Assembly: GCA_963785305.1 (NCBI GenBank)
Contig: CAWAUV010000007.1
Span: 1,536,001 to 1,600,000, forward strand
DNA: 64,000 nucleotides
Direction of reading: 5' to 3'
Source: an uncultured Planctomycetaceae bacterium
GTDB taxonomy: Bacteria > Planctomycetota > Planctomycetia > Pirellulales > PALSA-1355
Shown here: one piece after another, positions 1-12,086 of the stretch
How positions within the stretch are numbered: position 1 is the stretch's first letter
Layout: every line of letters begins with the position of its first letter
The notes under the pieces: generated by a model
The model's database searches: none
Told to the model about the DNA's origin: nothing
The model's input: only the letters and a program-made list of their open reading frames with translations
Translations under genes and position numbers: made by a program

Positions 1-28
1 GCTGTTACTGAAAAATGAGTATCCGCAC

Positions 29-771
29 ATGCCGCGGCGCCAGGATATCGATCGCCTGCTGAGTGAATGGGCCTACCAACCGGGTAAGGTCACGGCCCGC
101 CTCGTGCGTGGGCCCAATGGTCGCGAATTGCTCCAGATGCGCGTCGAGATGGGCATCTTGCACTCGAGGTCGACAAACGGCCCGATGGCCAGCGTCCGGC
201 GGGCAAGGACACCTACTTCGACCATCTTCTGGCCGAGGCCAAGCGGGCTGGCGGCGAATTCGAACTCTCGGCCGAGCAATGCGCCGCGGCCGATCGCGAG
301 TTTTTGCAGTTCTACCATCGCCGCATTTGCTGGTTGGCGCTGCGGCAATTCCGCCGCGCAGTGCGCGACGCGGACCATAGTCTCGCGTTCATGGATTTTG
401 TGCGAGCCCATTCGCCCGACGAGGAGTGGACTCTCTCCCACGAGCAGTACCGCCCGTTCGTCCTTTTCCATCGGACTCAAGCCGCCACCTTGGCCACCCT
501 GGACGAAGCCGGGCCCGAGCCGGCGCTGGCCGAGTTGGCCGCTGGCATCGAGCGTTTTCGCCAGCTTTTCGCCGAGTACGACGCCGAGGACCAGTACGAC
601 GACGACGAACTCGTGCAGCGTCTCAAGGAACTGAATCACACCCTGCGCGAGCAGTATCACTTGCAGCCGAGCCTGAGCGAACAATTGGCCGAGGCCGTGG
701 CCAGTGAGCAATACGAGCTCGCCGCCAAGCTCCGCGACCAGATCACCGCCAAGCAAGACCCCAAGCTGTAA
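29..771 (+). CDS. UVR-motif (UvrB/UvrC coiled-coil) domain protein of planctomycete type; frameshift near 165
   Basis: N-terminus MPRRQDID..LLQMRVEMGI joins ORF 304..771, which ends LAEAVASEQYELAAKLRDQI (UVR motif). Confidence 0.75.
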
Positions 772-792
772 GTCATGGCGGCTCGGCGGGGC

Positions 793-2010
793 TCATTGTT
801 CTATCGCCGCTGTTCTATCGCCGCGCAGCGGGTGGCCCAGCGGGAGCCAGACGCCGTTGTCCTGACTGCTGGCGACCGATTGCTGGATGAAGAACATGCC
901 TTCCACGCCATCGTTCACATTCGGGTAGATCGTGTTCGTGGCTTCGAACTTCTCGCCCGCGGCTCGCAGCGCCATGTTGTCGTAAGCCGAGCGGTAGATG
1001 TTGGCGAATGCCTCGAAAAACGCCTCGGGATGGCCGCTCGGCAAGCGGCAGGCGGCCTTGCCCGCGGCGTTCATATAGGGCGCGTTCGGATCGCGGGTAT
1101 AGATCGCGTGGGGATGGCCGTTGCGGCGCACGATCATCTGGTTCGGATCTTCTTGCCGCCACTGAAGCGAACCGAGCGTGCCATCGATCTCGATCTGCAC
1201 ATCGTTTTCGCGGCCGTGCGTGATTTGCGAGGCGGTCACCGTGCCCAGGGCGCCATTTTGATAGCGAATCACGGCGTGGCCGTAGTCGTCGAGCTTGCGA
1301 CCGGGCTCGAATGTCTTGAGGTGACAACTGATCGTGTTCGGCAAAAGGCCGGTCATATAGCGGCCGAGATTGTAGGCATGGGTGGCAATATCGCCAAAGC
1401 AGCCAGCGGCGCCGCTCTTGGCCGGGTCGGTTCGCCAAGCGGCTTGTTTTTGATTGTCGGCCTCGAGCCGAGTGCGGAGCCAACCTTGGATATAGGTGGC
1501 GCGAATCGCGTTGATCTCGCCGAGCTCGCCGCCGAGGATCATTTCCCGCGCCTGGCGCACCAGCGGGTAGCCGGTGTAGTTGTGCGACACGGCGAACACG
1601 ACGCCCGAACGATCGACCACCTTGGCCAACTCCTCGGCTTGAGCCAAGTCGAAGGTCATTGGCTTATCGCAGATCACATTGAATCCGGCTTCGACCGCCG
1701 CCTTGGCGATGGCGAAATGGGTGTGGTTCGGAGTGGCCACGGTGACGAAATCGATTCGCTTGTCGGCCGGAAGTTTTTTTTCGCTCGCGAGCATTTCCTC
1801 GACCGAACCGTAGGCTCGCTCGGGCGCAATATCGTAGTCGGCGGCCGAGGCCTTGGCCCGCGCCGGATCGCTCGACAGGGCTCCGGCCACGAGCGCCGCG
1901 CGATTATCGAGCACCGCGGCGGTCGAATGCACGCGACCGATAAACGAACCCTGGCCGCCACCGACCAGCGCCATCCGCAGTTTGCGACCAAGAGAACCAT
2001 TCGTGGGCAT
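793..2010 (-). CDS. Gfo/Idh/MocA family oxidoreductase
   Basis: LRMALVGGGQGSFIG Rossmann start, VATPNHTH, VICDKP, GDIATH motifs. Confidence 0.92.
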   Translation of the reverse strand: MPTNGSLGRKLRMALVGGGQGSFIGRVHSTAAVLDNRAALVAGALSSDPARAKASAADYDIAPERAYGSVEEMLASEKKLPADKRIDFVTVATPNHTHFAIAKAAVEAGFNVICDKPMTFDLAQAEELAKVVDRSGVVFAVSHNYTGYPLVRQAREMILGGELGEINAIRATYIQGWLRTRLEADNQKQAAWRTDPAKSGAAGCFGDIATHAYNLGRYMTGLLPNTISCHLKTFEPGRKLDDYGHAVIRYQNGALGTVTASQITHGRENDVQIEIDGTLGSLQWRQEDPNQMIVRRNGHPHAIYTRDPNAPYMNAAGKAACRLPSGHPEAFFEAFANIYRSAYDNMALRAAGEKFEATNTIYPNVNDGVEGMFFIQQSVASSQDNGVWLPLGHPLRGDRTAAIEQ

Positions 2011-2140
2011 GGCGACAAGCTCCTCTAAAACGAAATGCGAGAAACGATTCGGGGGTGGAAAATGAACAGGTACAAGCGACCTGGGCCAGCGGCACTATTG
2101 TTATCACCCGCCGCCCTTTCCGCCAGCGGCCCGACAACCC

Positions 2141-2473
2141 GCAAGCCCGAAACGCCAGCGAAGGAAGACCCGACAAGCTCGCAGCGCCAGCGAAGGAAAA
2201 TCCGACAAGCCTGAAGCGCGAGCGAAGGAAGACAAACAAAACTAGCGCCCACAAGCCTGAAACATTGCGAAAGAAGACCCAGAACTTTGAAGTTTCCACC
2301 CGAAAGTACTACAGCCTGCAAGACGCACGAATTTGTCTATAGTGCCGATGGCGGCGCTAGCAAGTCATTGCTATCGGTACCGCAAGAGGTATTTTTCGGT
2401 CATTTTCGTGCCACCGATGGGTGGAAACTTCAAAGTTCTGGAAAGAAGACCTTCGCTGGCGCTTCAGGCTTGT
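2141..2473. repeat. REP-like cluster 1 (consensus ACAAGCCTGAAGCGCCAGCGAAGG)
   Basis: Direct copies near 2141, 2173, 2205, 2251; inverted copy 2450-2473; plus a 23-bp perfect inverted repeat 2279-2301/2419-2441. Confidence 0.85.
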
Positions 2474-2605
2474 GTCGGCGGGGCTTGGCCGGCGGGGGCT
2501 TGTCTGGCCGGAGCGCTTCGGGTGAAATAGCCATTGCCATCGTCGTCGGGCCGGTCGCTCGCGATCGTCGGGCATATTTCCCTGCTTGAGAGACGCGGTG
2601 TCGGA

Positions 2606-5386
2606 ATGAATGCCGTCGAGATCGAGGAGGCCGTTTCCAAGCTCGCGGAAGCGCCGTTCGACCCGGCGACGTTTCCTTATGCCTTCCTCGAAGCCTTCGG
2701 CAACAAGGAGACCACCCTCCAGCGTCTCCGAAGCGGCGCCTCGAACCCATCCGATCTGCCGGGCGGCGGTGCTCCAGACGCAACAACATCCATCTCATGG
2801 TCTGCTCGGAAGGCGAGGTCCCGGCGACCCTCGCCACGCTGCGGAACAGCCCCGCCACGGCCCGCCACAAGGCCAAATTCATCCTCGCCACCGATGGCAA
2901 AACCTTCGAGGCCGAAAACCTCGTCGACGGCGAAACGGTCGCCTGCGACTATCCCGACTTTCACGACCACTTCGGCTTCTTTCTGCCCTGGCGGGTATCA
3001 CCACCGTCAAGCAAATCCGCGAAAACGCCTTCGACATCAAGGCCACCGGCCGGCTCAACCGGCTCTATATCGAGCTGCTGAAGGAAAACCCCGATTGGGA
3101 CACGGCCGCTCGCCGGCAAGACCTCAACCACTTTTTCGCCCGCTTGATCTTCTGCTTCTTCGCCGAGGATACCGACATCTTCCGCGGCGCCGGCCTCTTC
3201 ACCGCCACGATCGAGCAAATGAGCGCGCGGGATTCGTCGAATACCCACGAGGTGCTCGCCGAACTGTTCCGCGCCATGAACACCAAGATCGCGGACCGGC
3301 AAGCCGCCAAGATTCGCTCCTGGGCCGACCAGTTTCCCGTATGTCAACGGCGGCCTCTTCTCCGGTAGCATGGACGCGCCGCGCTTCAGTCGAATCGCGC
3401 GGTCTTATCTGCTCCACGTCGGCAGCCTCGACTGGACCAAGATCAATCCCGATATCTTCGGCTCCATGATCCAGGCCGTGGCCGACGACGAGGAGCGCGG
3501 CGCCCTGGGCATGCACTACACCAGCGTGCCGAACATTCTCAAGGTGCTCAATCCGCTCTTTCTCGACGACCTGCGCGCCCAGCTCGAAGAGGCGGGTGAC
3601 AACGCCCGCAAGTTGCTGAATCTGCGGCAGCGGATATCGCGCATCCGGGTGTTCGACCCGGCATGCGGTTCGGGCAATTTCCTGGTGATTGCCTATAAGG
3701 AAATGCGGGCGATCGAGGCGGAAATCAACCGCCGCCGCGGCGAGGCGGCGCGTCGTTCCGAGATTCCGCTCACGAATTTCCGCGGGATTGAAATCCGCCA
3801 TTTCTCGGCCGAGATCGCGCGTTTGCGCATTGATCATCGCCGAGTATCAATGCGACGTGCTCTATCGCGGTCAAAAGCTCGCGCTCGTCGCGTTCTTGCC
3901 GCTCGAGGCCGCCAACTGGATCACATGTGGCAACGCCTTGCGCCTCGACTGGCTGAGCATCTGCCCGCCCACGGGAACGGGAGTGAAACTCCGGGCGGAT
4001 GATCTGTTCAGCACGCCGCAGGATCAAACGGAGATCGATTTCGAGAACGTGGGGGGCGAGACGTATATTTGTGGAAATCCGCCGTACAAAGGAAACGCAG
4101 ACCAAACAAAGCAGCAAAAGGATGATATTCGGCAGTGCTTCTCAAATACGAACCTGAATTGGAGATCCCTTGACTACATTTGTGGATGGTTCTGGAAGGC
4201 AATGGGGTTCACGGCGACGACAAAGGCGAAGTTCGCTTTCGTTAGCACAAACTCCATTTGCCAAGGACAAAGCATATCGTATTTTTGGAAACCGCTCCTC
4301 GAATCCGGAGTCAGAATCGACTTCGCAATTACGTCATTTCGTTGGAGGAATTTGGCGACGGAGAATGCGACTGTCACAGTTGTCGTGATTGGATGCTCTC
4401 GACAAAGGGATGGGGAATGCTTCCTTTTTGATGGCAATGTAAGGCACCGGGTCCAGCGGATTAACCCGTATCTCGTGCCCGGTCGAAGCGTCTTTATAGA
4501 ACGGTCGTCCAGCCCGATTTCTTTCATTCCCCAAATGGTTAAGGGCAACTACTACGGATTGTCAGATGGTCTACTCCTCAACGGCGACGAAAGGGTGCAA
4601 CTTTTGGATAGCGGCGTACCGGCCAGCGACTTCAGGACCTTTAAGGGGGGTGCCGAGCTTGTTCGAGGCACTCAAAGATACTGCCTATGGTTTCCTCAAT
4701 CGGAGATTCCCGAAGATATTTGCCATAACCCGCTGATCAAGCATCGAATAGAATCCGTGAGGCAAAGTCGGTTATCATCCCCGGATGCCGCAGCGATCAG
4801 GATGGCTAAGACTCCTCACCAGTTCCGTGAAATGAATGCATCCAAAGAATGGACTATTGCAATACCAAACGTCTCGTCCGAATCAAGACCGTACCTACCT
4901 GTCACACTTGAAAACAGCGATGTGGTTTTTCCAAACACGGCGTTCGCACTCTACGACGTTGGATTGTATTGCCTTGCGATAGCGGTATCTCGGCTTCATC
5001 TTACATGGGTCACAACGGTCTGCGGGAAGCTTGAAACACGGATTCGTTACTCCAACACTCTTGGCTGGAACACCTTTCCGGTGCCCGCGCTCACGGAGCG
5101 GAATAAAACCGACCTGACGCGCTGCGCCGAGGATATCCTGCTGGCCCGCGAGGCGCATTTTCCGGCGACGATCGCCGAGCTTTACGATCCAGAAAAGATG
5201 CCCTCCAACCTGCGCGAGGCCCACGAGCGGAACGACGAAACGCTGGAGCGCATCTACATCGGCCGGCGATTCAAGAACGACACCGAGCGGCTGGAAAAAC
5301 TCTTCGAGCTCTACACTCAAATGACCGCCCGACAGCCCGGGCCGAAACCACCGACCAAGCGCAAACCCAGACGCCCCGCCCCATGA
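2606..5386 (+). CDS. MmeI/YeeA-like type IIG DNA adenine methyltransferase (several frameshifts)
   Basis: MNAVEIEEAVS start, LGMHYTSVPNI, VFDPACGSGNFL (motif I), GNPPY (motif IV), MmeI-type C-terminus YSNTLGWNTFP..LYDPEKMP..LREAHERND. Confidence 0.85.
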
Positions 5387-5409
5387 GCCCACAAGCGAAT
5401 ATGCCCGTC

Positions 5410-5672
5410 ACAAGCCTGAAAGCGCCAGCGAAGGAACCCCTCACCCCGCGATTCATACAAGCTTGAATCGCAAGCGAAAGATGCCCTTCGCTGGCGCTTC
5501 AGGCTTGTGTGAATCCGAGCGGGATTCCTTCGCTGGCGCTTCAGGCTTGTGTTGGGGGTTCGGGCCTTTGGCGGCGATTCGGCGTTCCGATAGAATACAA
5601 ACGCACAAGCCTGAAGCGCCAGCGAAAGAACCCTTCCCCCCGATTCATACAAGCCTGAAGCGCCAGCGAAGG
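5410..5672. repeat. REP-like cluster 2, upstream of RAYT
   Basis: Copies near 5410, 5457, 5605, 5649 (+) and 5485-5508, 5527-5550 (-). Confidence 0.88.
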
Positions 5673-5707
5673 TGTCCCCCGTGCAACACGAGCCCGGCCA
5701 GCCCCCG

Positions 5708-6232
5708 ATGGACGCGCCCTTGGCGTACTTCCTGACCTGGACGACCTACGGCACATGGTTGCCGGGCGACGAGCGCGGGTGGGTCGAGAAACCTGGCCGC
5801 TTCCGCGCCCCCGACGCGGAACTGCAAACGGCGGCCAAGCGACGCATGATCGAGCCCGCCCTGACGCTCGACGCGGAGCAGCGCCGCATCGTGGAGGACA
5901 CGATTGCCGACCATTGTCGAATTCGCGGTTGGCTTCTTCATGCCGCGAGCGCCCGAACCCAACACGTTCACGTGGTGGTGTCGGCTCCGGAGCGGAAACC
6001 CGACGATGTGATGGATCAGTTCAAGGCTTGGTGCTCGCGGAAGCTCGGGGAGCGAGTGCGGTCGCAACAATCGGCCGGTGAACAACCGCGGCGGAATTGG
6101 TGGACCCAGGGCGGGAGCAAGCGGTGGCTGAACGATGAAGGCGACTTGGAGGCGGCGGTGTTGTATGTGCGCGAAGGGCAAGGCGAAGCCACGCCACGCC
6201 CCACGGCAAGGCGGGAAAGCCCACAAGCCTGA
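5708..6232 (+). CDS. REP-associated tyrosine transposase (RAYT, Y1 HUH family)
   Basis: YFLTWTTYGTWLPGD N-terminus, HUH motif QHVHVVV, WTQGGS and C-terminal Tyr (AVLYV); flanked by REP clusters; alternative GTG start at 5672. Confidence 0.85.
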   Translation: MDAPLAYFLTWTTYGTWLPGDERGWVEKPGRFRAPDAELQTAAKRRMIEPALTLDAEQRRIVEDTIADHCRIRGWLLHAASARTQHVHVVVSAPERKPDDVMDQFKAWCSRKLGERVRSQQSAGEQPRRNWWTQGGSKRWLNDEGDLEAAVLYVREGQGEATPRPTARRESPQA

Positions 6233-6348
6233 AGCGCAAGCGAAGGAAATACGCAAGAGCAACCAAATCCATAAGCTTACAGAGATCCTTCGCCGGCGCT
6301 TCAGGCTTGTGTAAATCCGAGCGGGATTCCTTCGCCGGCGCTTCAGGC
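6223..6348. repeat. REP-like cluster 3, downstream of RAYT; last copy cut by IS66
   Basis: Copies at 6223 (+), 6287-6310 (-), 6329-6348 (-, truncated). Confidence 0.88.
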
Positions 6349-7457
6349 GTAACTGTTAAGCCGTGGCGTGGCCTGGGCGCGGGGGGGCGGTGGCGATATT
6401 GGCGGGGATCGCGGGCGAGGGGTTTCCGGGGATGGGTCGCGTGGCGGATGTTTTAACTGCTATTGGTGATCGGCAGCGGCAGGGTCTTGCCTTGCAATTT
6501 AGCGCGCACGACTTCGATTCCATACCTTGCGAAGCTCAAACCGTTTTTCGCGCCGGTCGCGATCACGCTCTTGATTCGGGCGAACGCCGCCGCGCTCCAT
6601 TCGGTCCGATGCGTGCCGCCATCATTCCTCGCCGCCGCCAGGCTTCGGATGTCGCGTTCGGTTCCGTTGTTGTCGGCCGGAACATTCGCATCGTCGAGGA
6701 AGGTGAACAATTCGTCCGAGTGCTTGAACAGCCGCCGCCAGATTCGCAAACATTCGCGATGCCGCACGCGCGTCTCGAGCATCAACGTGTCGAAACGGTT
6801 TTGAATCTCGTGTCGGGCCGCGTTGAAAGCTTTTTTGCCGAGCGACTTGCGCTCGTGGCCCAACCGGATCGCGTCTTGAAACAGCGTGATCAACGGCTGG
6901 ATGAAGGCCCGCACGCTCGCCGCCGGCAACGTCTCGCGCAGCTTGTGCAACTCGCGAAGCAAATGGACCAAGCAGCGCTGTTTGCGGCAGTCGAGTCCGT
7001 TGTAGACCGCATAAAAATCGCTGACCAGCGTGCCCGCGAACGATGTGCCCAACGCTCGCTCGAGCACGGCCCGATTGCGATGACGATCGATCAGGAACAA
7101 TGCCAAGCGCGTGTCTCGAAAACACCAGGCCCACGCGGGCAGTCCGTCGATCCGCCAACCGGTTTCGTCGCCTTGCACGACCGGCGAATTGCGCAAGAGT
7201 TCCCAGAGTTTGTCGACCACCGGCTCGAACAAAGCGCCGCCCCAACGCAAATGGCCGAGCAGTTTTCTTGCGCCGCTGCAAAAACTTTTGGACTTGCTGT
7301 TCGAGTTGCTCGACGCGCTTGCGCAGCGTTCCGTTCTCCGCCTGCAACCGGGCGATTTCCGCTTCCAACTCGGCGATCCGTCGATCTCGATCATCCATGA
7401 TCCAGTCAATGTGACCGAAAACCCAATTTCGGGAAAGAGGAAATGCTTAACAGTTAC
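6349..7457 (-). mobile_element. IS66 family single-ORF (ISBst12-like) element, internally deleted copy
   Basis: TIRs GTAACTGTTAAGC / GCTTAACAGTTAC; GDETGW, LVSDFY, QRCLVHLLRE, DNNGTERDIR motifs; lacks about 430 bp found in the copy at 51382. Confidence 0.92.
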
Positions 7458-7770
7458 AATTCGTGAGCTGCGGATCGATCTCGCAGACAGTCAGGTGGAT
7501 GGAGCGCGGCCGTTTCTCGCGGCCGATGATTTCTTCGATCCATGCGGCGGAAAGGCTGCCGACCCCGGCGCCGGGGTCTAGCAGTCGGATGTCGCCGGCG
7601 GCCGGCCGAGCCAGTCCGGCCATCAATCGGGCCAAGGGCGCCGGCGTAAGGAACTGCCCCAACTCGGCGCGTTGCTCGGCAGTGAGAAATCGCCCGGCGT
7701 CGAGTCGGTAGAATTCCGTCCGATCGAGCAAACCAGGATTGGTTTCGGCTATGAAGCCGAGTGCCGTCAT
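7458..7770 (-). pseudogene. 5' fragment of an Eco57I/BsuBI-PstI-type DNA adenine methyltransferase, truncated by IS66
   Basis: ELGQFLTPAPLARLMA and RLLDPGAGVGSL (motif I); reading frame runs into the IS66 end. Confidence 0.8.
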
Positions 7771-7895
7771 CGCAGTTGCCAATTTCGCCTCCGGGCCGTC
7801 AACTTTCTCAATTGCGGCGCGTTAGGTCTTCGGTGCTAGCGCCTCATCAATCCAGTCGTGGTGGGTTTGGCAAAACACCAGCCCGGCTGCGGCGT

Positions 7896-8993
7896 TCACC
7901 CCAGTTTGGCGATGATCGCGTCGGCCATTTCCTTCGTGCCGACGGCGGTGGGGTCGTCGCGGTGGGGCTTCAGGTCGTAGGTCACGTGTTTACCTTCGGC
8001 GATCACGTCGGCCACGGCTTTCTCCAGGCGATCGGCGGCTTTCTGCTCCTTGAGATGAGCAAGCATCAGCATGCCCGAGAGGATCAGGGCGGTGGGGTTC
8101 ACCTTGTTGAGGCCCTTGTATTTGGGAGCGCTGCCGTGGGTGGCCTCGAATACGGCGCCTTGCGGCCCCACATTGGCCCCCGGCGCCACGCCGAGCCCGC
8201 CCACGATGCCGGCCGCCAAGTCGCTCACGATATCGCCATACAAATTCGGCAGCACCAGCACATCGTATTGCTCCGGCTTCTGCACGAGCTGCATGCACAT
8301 ATTGTCGACGATTCGGTCCTCGAATTCGATATCCGTATATTCCTTGGCCACGTTGCGGGCCACTTCCAGGAACAGGCCATCGGTGAACTTCAGGATGTTC
8401 GCCTTGTGAACCGCGGTGACTTTCTTCCGCTTGTGCAAACGGGCCTGGTCGAAGGCGCAGCGCACGATCCGGTCGGTGCCGCTTTCGCTGATCGCCTTGA
8501 TCGTGATGCCGGTTTCGCTCGTGCCGGTTTTGACTTTGCTCGCCTTGCCGTGGGAATTGATGAACTCGATCAGCTCGGCGGTCTCCGGCTTGCCGCGCTC
8601 GAACTCGATGCCGCCGTAGAGGCTTTCGGTGTTCTCGCGCACGATCAAAATATTGACCGGAACCGACTCGAAAAAGCTCCGCACGCCCTTGTACTGCTTG
8701 CAGGGCCGAATGCAGGCATAGAGCCCGAAGGCTTGCCGCAAGTGTACATTGATGCTGCGAAAGCCGGTTCCGACCGGAGTGGTGATGGGGGCTTTGAGGG
8801 CGCACTTGGTGCGGCGGATGCTGTCGAGCACCGCGTCGGGCAACGGGTTGCCGGTGCGGGCCATCACATCGACGCCGGCCTCTTGGACATCCCAGTTGAT
8901 TTTCACTCCGGTGGCGTCGACACAGCGGCGTGCCGCCTCGGCCAGTTCCGGACCCGTGCCGTCTCCGGTGATCAATGTGACTTCATGCGCCAT
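7896..8993 (-). CDS. icd: Isocitrate/isopropylmalate dehydrogenase family, probably NAD-dependent isocitrate dehydrogenase
   Basis: [49 protein letters not shown]. Confidence 0.88.
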   Translation of the reverse strand: MAHEVTLITGDGTGPELAEAARRCVDATGVKINWDVQEAGVDVMARTGNPLPDAVLDSIRRTKCALKAPITTPVGTGFRSINVHLRQAFGLYACIRPCKQYKGVRSFFESVPVNILIVRENTESLYGGIEFERGKPETAELIEFINSHGKASKVKTGTSETGITIKAISESGTDRIVRCAFDQARLHKRKKVTAVHKANILKFTDGLFLEVARNVAKEYTDIEFEDRIVDNMCMQLVQKPEQYDVLVLPNLYGDIVSDLAAGIVGGLGVAPGANVGPQGAVFEATHGSAPKYKGLNKVNPTALILSGMLMLAHLKEQKAADRLEKAVADVIAEGKHVTYDLKPHRDDPTAVGTKEMADAIIAKLG

Positions 8994-9074
8994 GACGAAA
9001 GCGACCTGCGAAAAAAGGAGCGATTTCACACAATTCCAACGTCGGAGTCAGGCTAACAGATGGCCCGGGGAGCG

Positions 9075-10570
9075 TCAACGCGCCGCGGTTTCGGGCGGTT
9101 TTTCCGCCGCCTCGTCCGATTCGCCGCCGGCAAAGGCGCCGAGCGCGGGCGGCGTGAGGCCGAGCCAGTCGCGCAGTCGCGGAAGCTTGCGAAGCGCGAA
9201 TCGCTCCACCGTGAGCACCATGAGCAGCGACACTCCAAACAGTGGCAGATAGACGCCCAGCACCGCTATAATCGCAAACAGCAAAAGCGACCCGCGCATG
9301 GAGCCCAGCGGTCGCGGCGCTCCCAAGGCCCCTGGGTCGCGCCGGCGGAGCCACATCACCATGCCGCTGGCGGAAACCACGATCAGCCCCATGGCGGTCA
9401 TGAGTCCCAGCAACTGATTCGGCCAGCCAAAAAGCTGCCCCTCATGCGCCGCGATGCCGATGCCCACGATGCGATCGACGAGCGGGCGATCCTTGAAATC
9501 CTCGCGACTCACAATCGCCCCGCTCTCCGGATCGACCGTCAGATTCACCCGCAAGGGACGATTGGCCGTGAGCGACTTCACGGTCCAATGCGATGAATTT
9601 CCATTGGCGCTTTTCCGCGGAACGATTTTCCACCCGGCGACGCGATCACTACCGGCGGAGGCAATTCGAGCGGGGCCACCACGGCGACGATGCGATCGAC
9701 TGCCCGGAGTTCGACATCGGCCAGTTGCCGTCCGGCGTTGCCCGCGGGCCTATCCGTGCCGCCGTGTTCACCGTGGCGGGAATGTTCGCTCGCGCTGTCG
9801 CGAGCCGGGCGCGATCGATCGCCGCCGATGGTCCAATCCTGCTCCCCGCTCGCGGCGCCGGCGAGCGCTCTCGCGGCCTTGAGATAGTTTCCCCAGCCTT
9901 TGGCCCAGGGCAGGCCGCTCGTGAGCAGCAACAGCGCCAGCAGCGAAATCCATACCCCGGTCACGGCATGCAGATCGCGCCAAAAGACGCGCGACCCGAC
10001 GCCGAGCCGCGGATAGACGATTCCGCCCAGTCCGCGTGTCTGGCGCGGCCACCAAAGATAGAGCCCGGTGAGAATCATCACGATCGTCCACGAGGCCGCC
10101 AGCTCGACGAGCAACGAGCCGCGATCGCCCATCAGCAGCTCACCATGCGCGCGAAAGACCCGGCGCATGAGCCGATTCCGCTCGGCCACGGCGCCCAGCG
10201 GCTGGCAGGTTTTCGGGTGGATATACACACGAAACGTTTCGCCGTCGCGCTTGACGAGCACGCGTGCCGCGGCGTCGGGCGATTGCGGCAGTTCATAGCC
10301 GGCGAATGTCGCCCCGGGCTGGTCGGCGAGGGCAGCGCGAATCTGCTCGGCCGCGGTCGCCGACGAGCCCACGACCTCCAAATGATCGTAAGGACGCTCG
10401 ATCCACGCTTCGATCTCGTGTTTGAACAAGTAGATCGCCCCGCTCACCGCCAGCACGATTACAAACGGAGTGCAAAACAAACTGGCGTAGAAATGCCACC
10501 GCCGCACCGCGCGGTAACTCGACGCGCGGCGGAGCGAGGCCGGATCGCTGAAACGATGGAGTTGCGCCAC
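9075..10570 (-). CDS. PepSY-associated TM helix domain protein (frameshift near 9600)
   Basis: RRWHFYASLF, FRAHGELLMG, TGLYLWWPR, WRDLHAVTG, AHEGQLFG; multiple TM helices. Confidence 0.88.
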
Positions 10571-10710
10571 GAAAAATCCCCGCTGCTGGATCAGATAAAT
10601 GGATGATTGATGGATGGCGCGATCCGATGAAACAAAGGTCGCTTGCGCCGCGGCCCGCCGTTCGGCGAGGCCGGCCTCGAGCGACGACGCGCCCCGCGAG
10701 CGCGTCGCGA

Positions 10711-11781
10711 TTAAAAATCGGAGCCGATCACTTCGTTGCCGTTGCGGCTATGCAAGGCTCGCTGGAGCGTGGCGTCGAGATCGTCGCCCAAGAGACGAGC
10801 CGAGCCATCGCCCATCAGCGCATTGGCGCCGGGGCCATGCCAACTGCGCGGCCCGAAGAACCCGCTGAAGTGCGTCACCAGATCGGGGATCGGGCTGTTG
10901 GGCGTGGTGTAGCCGTTGGTGAGCGTACACATGGCGCCCTCGGTGGCCCAGCTTGTGCCGCGGCCGCGGAGGGCGGTGCTTCCCGCGCCGCGCCAACCGG
11001 TAAGCTGCGGCCAAACCGGCGCGAGGTCGGGGTTTTCGATCATGCCGTTCGCGTCGACGATCGCTTGGGGCCAGGGCGCTCCGGTCCAGGTGATGCCCGG
11101 TCCATTGCCCGGCGTGAGCCCGGTCGAGCCGTTGAGCGTGTATTGATACGGAAACGACGGCGCGCTGCCGACGTTCATGGTCATGTCGGCGCCCACGCTG
11201 CGAATCGACTCGCTCATGAACACGGTGTTCGAGAGTCCATCGGTCACGCTCCGGGCTTGCACGGCGGAGCTGTAATACGTGATTCCATCTGTCGGAAACC
11301 GCACGTCGTAGTTCAAGTTCGTGCCGCTGCCCATGCTGATCATGTAATTGTTGCCTCCATACATATAGCCATAGGTCGTCTCGGCGCTGACAGCCGGCGC
11401 CGAATCGCTCGGGCAGAGCATCGCGGGAATCACGGTGGCAAACGCGTTTACGAACAGCGGATTCGGAACCTGGCGCTATAGCTTCCGCTAAACGCCGGTT
11501 GGGTGAAATCGAGCGCGTTCCGCAAATTGGCATCCTCCATGAAGGGCAGCAGCCGCGCTTGGGGGGAAAATCCATTGGGCGGATCGGTGGGTGGATAATA
11601 CTTGCGGGCATTTTCGAAGTTGAGCAGCGCGAGCCCCACTTGTTTGATGTTGTTGAGGCACTGAGCCCGACGGCCCGCCTCGCGCGGCTTGCACCGCCGG
11701 CAAGAGCAGGGCGACGAGCACTCCGATGATGGCGATGACCACCAACAGCTCGACGAGCGTGAAACCATGAGTTCGTTTCAT
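10711..11781 (-). CDS. DUF1559 family prepilin-type protein (frameshifted)
   Basis: [44 protein letters not shown]9-DG motif ([15 protein letters not shown]). Confidence 0.93.
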
Positions 11782-11786
11782 GAAAA

Positions 11787-11804
11787 GTTCTCCTTTCGGG
11801 GAAC
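11787..11804 (-). promoter_or_regulatory. Small GAAA-tetraloop hairpin overlapping the Shine-Dalgarno of the DUF1559 gene
   Basis: Minus strand GTTCCCC-GAAA-GGAGAAC, 5 nt before the ATG; one mismatch in the stem. Confidence 0.35.
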
Positions 11805-12086
11805 GATGTCTTTGTGATTTTCGAAGGCACGAATCGAGCGACATTGTGGCCCATCGTCCGAGCGAGCCGGACCGGAAGGCGCGGCGCAGTTCATTGCGCG
11901 GCGACTAAGGGCTCGCTCGCGAGGCGGGTTCTCGGGACGCCGAGGCGCGAACGCTTCAAGGCGCGAGGACCAATGCGCGATTGGCACAACAGTGAAACAC
12001 GTCAGCGCGCGGCGTCGATTGCGCGGAGTCCGCGCGCCGATTACTCCAAACCCTCGGCGACTCCGCGGTCGAGAAGGGGCCGATGA

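Noticed and set aside
2141..6348. REP clusters as a CRISPR array
   Set aside because: Mixed orientation, irregular short spacers, degenerate copies and no cas genes; the adjacent RAYT explains them.
11782..12086. Cobalamin or other riboswitch upstream of DUF1559
   Set aside because: No B12-box or other recognisable riboswitch consensus seen by eye; an Rfam scan would be decisive.
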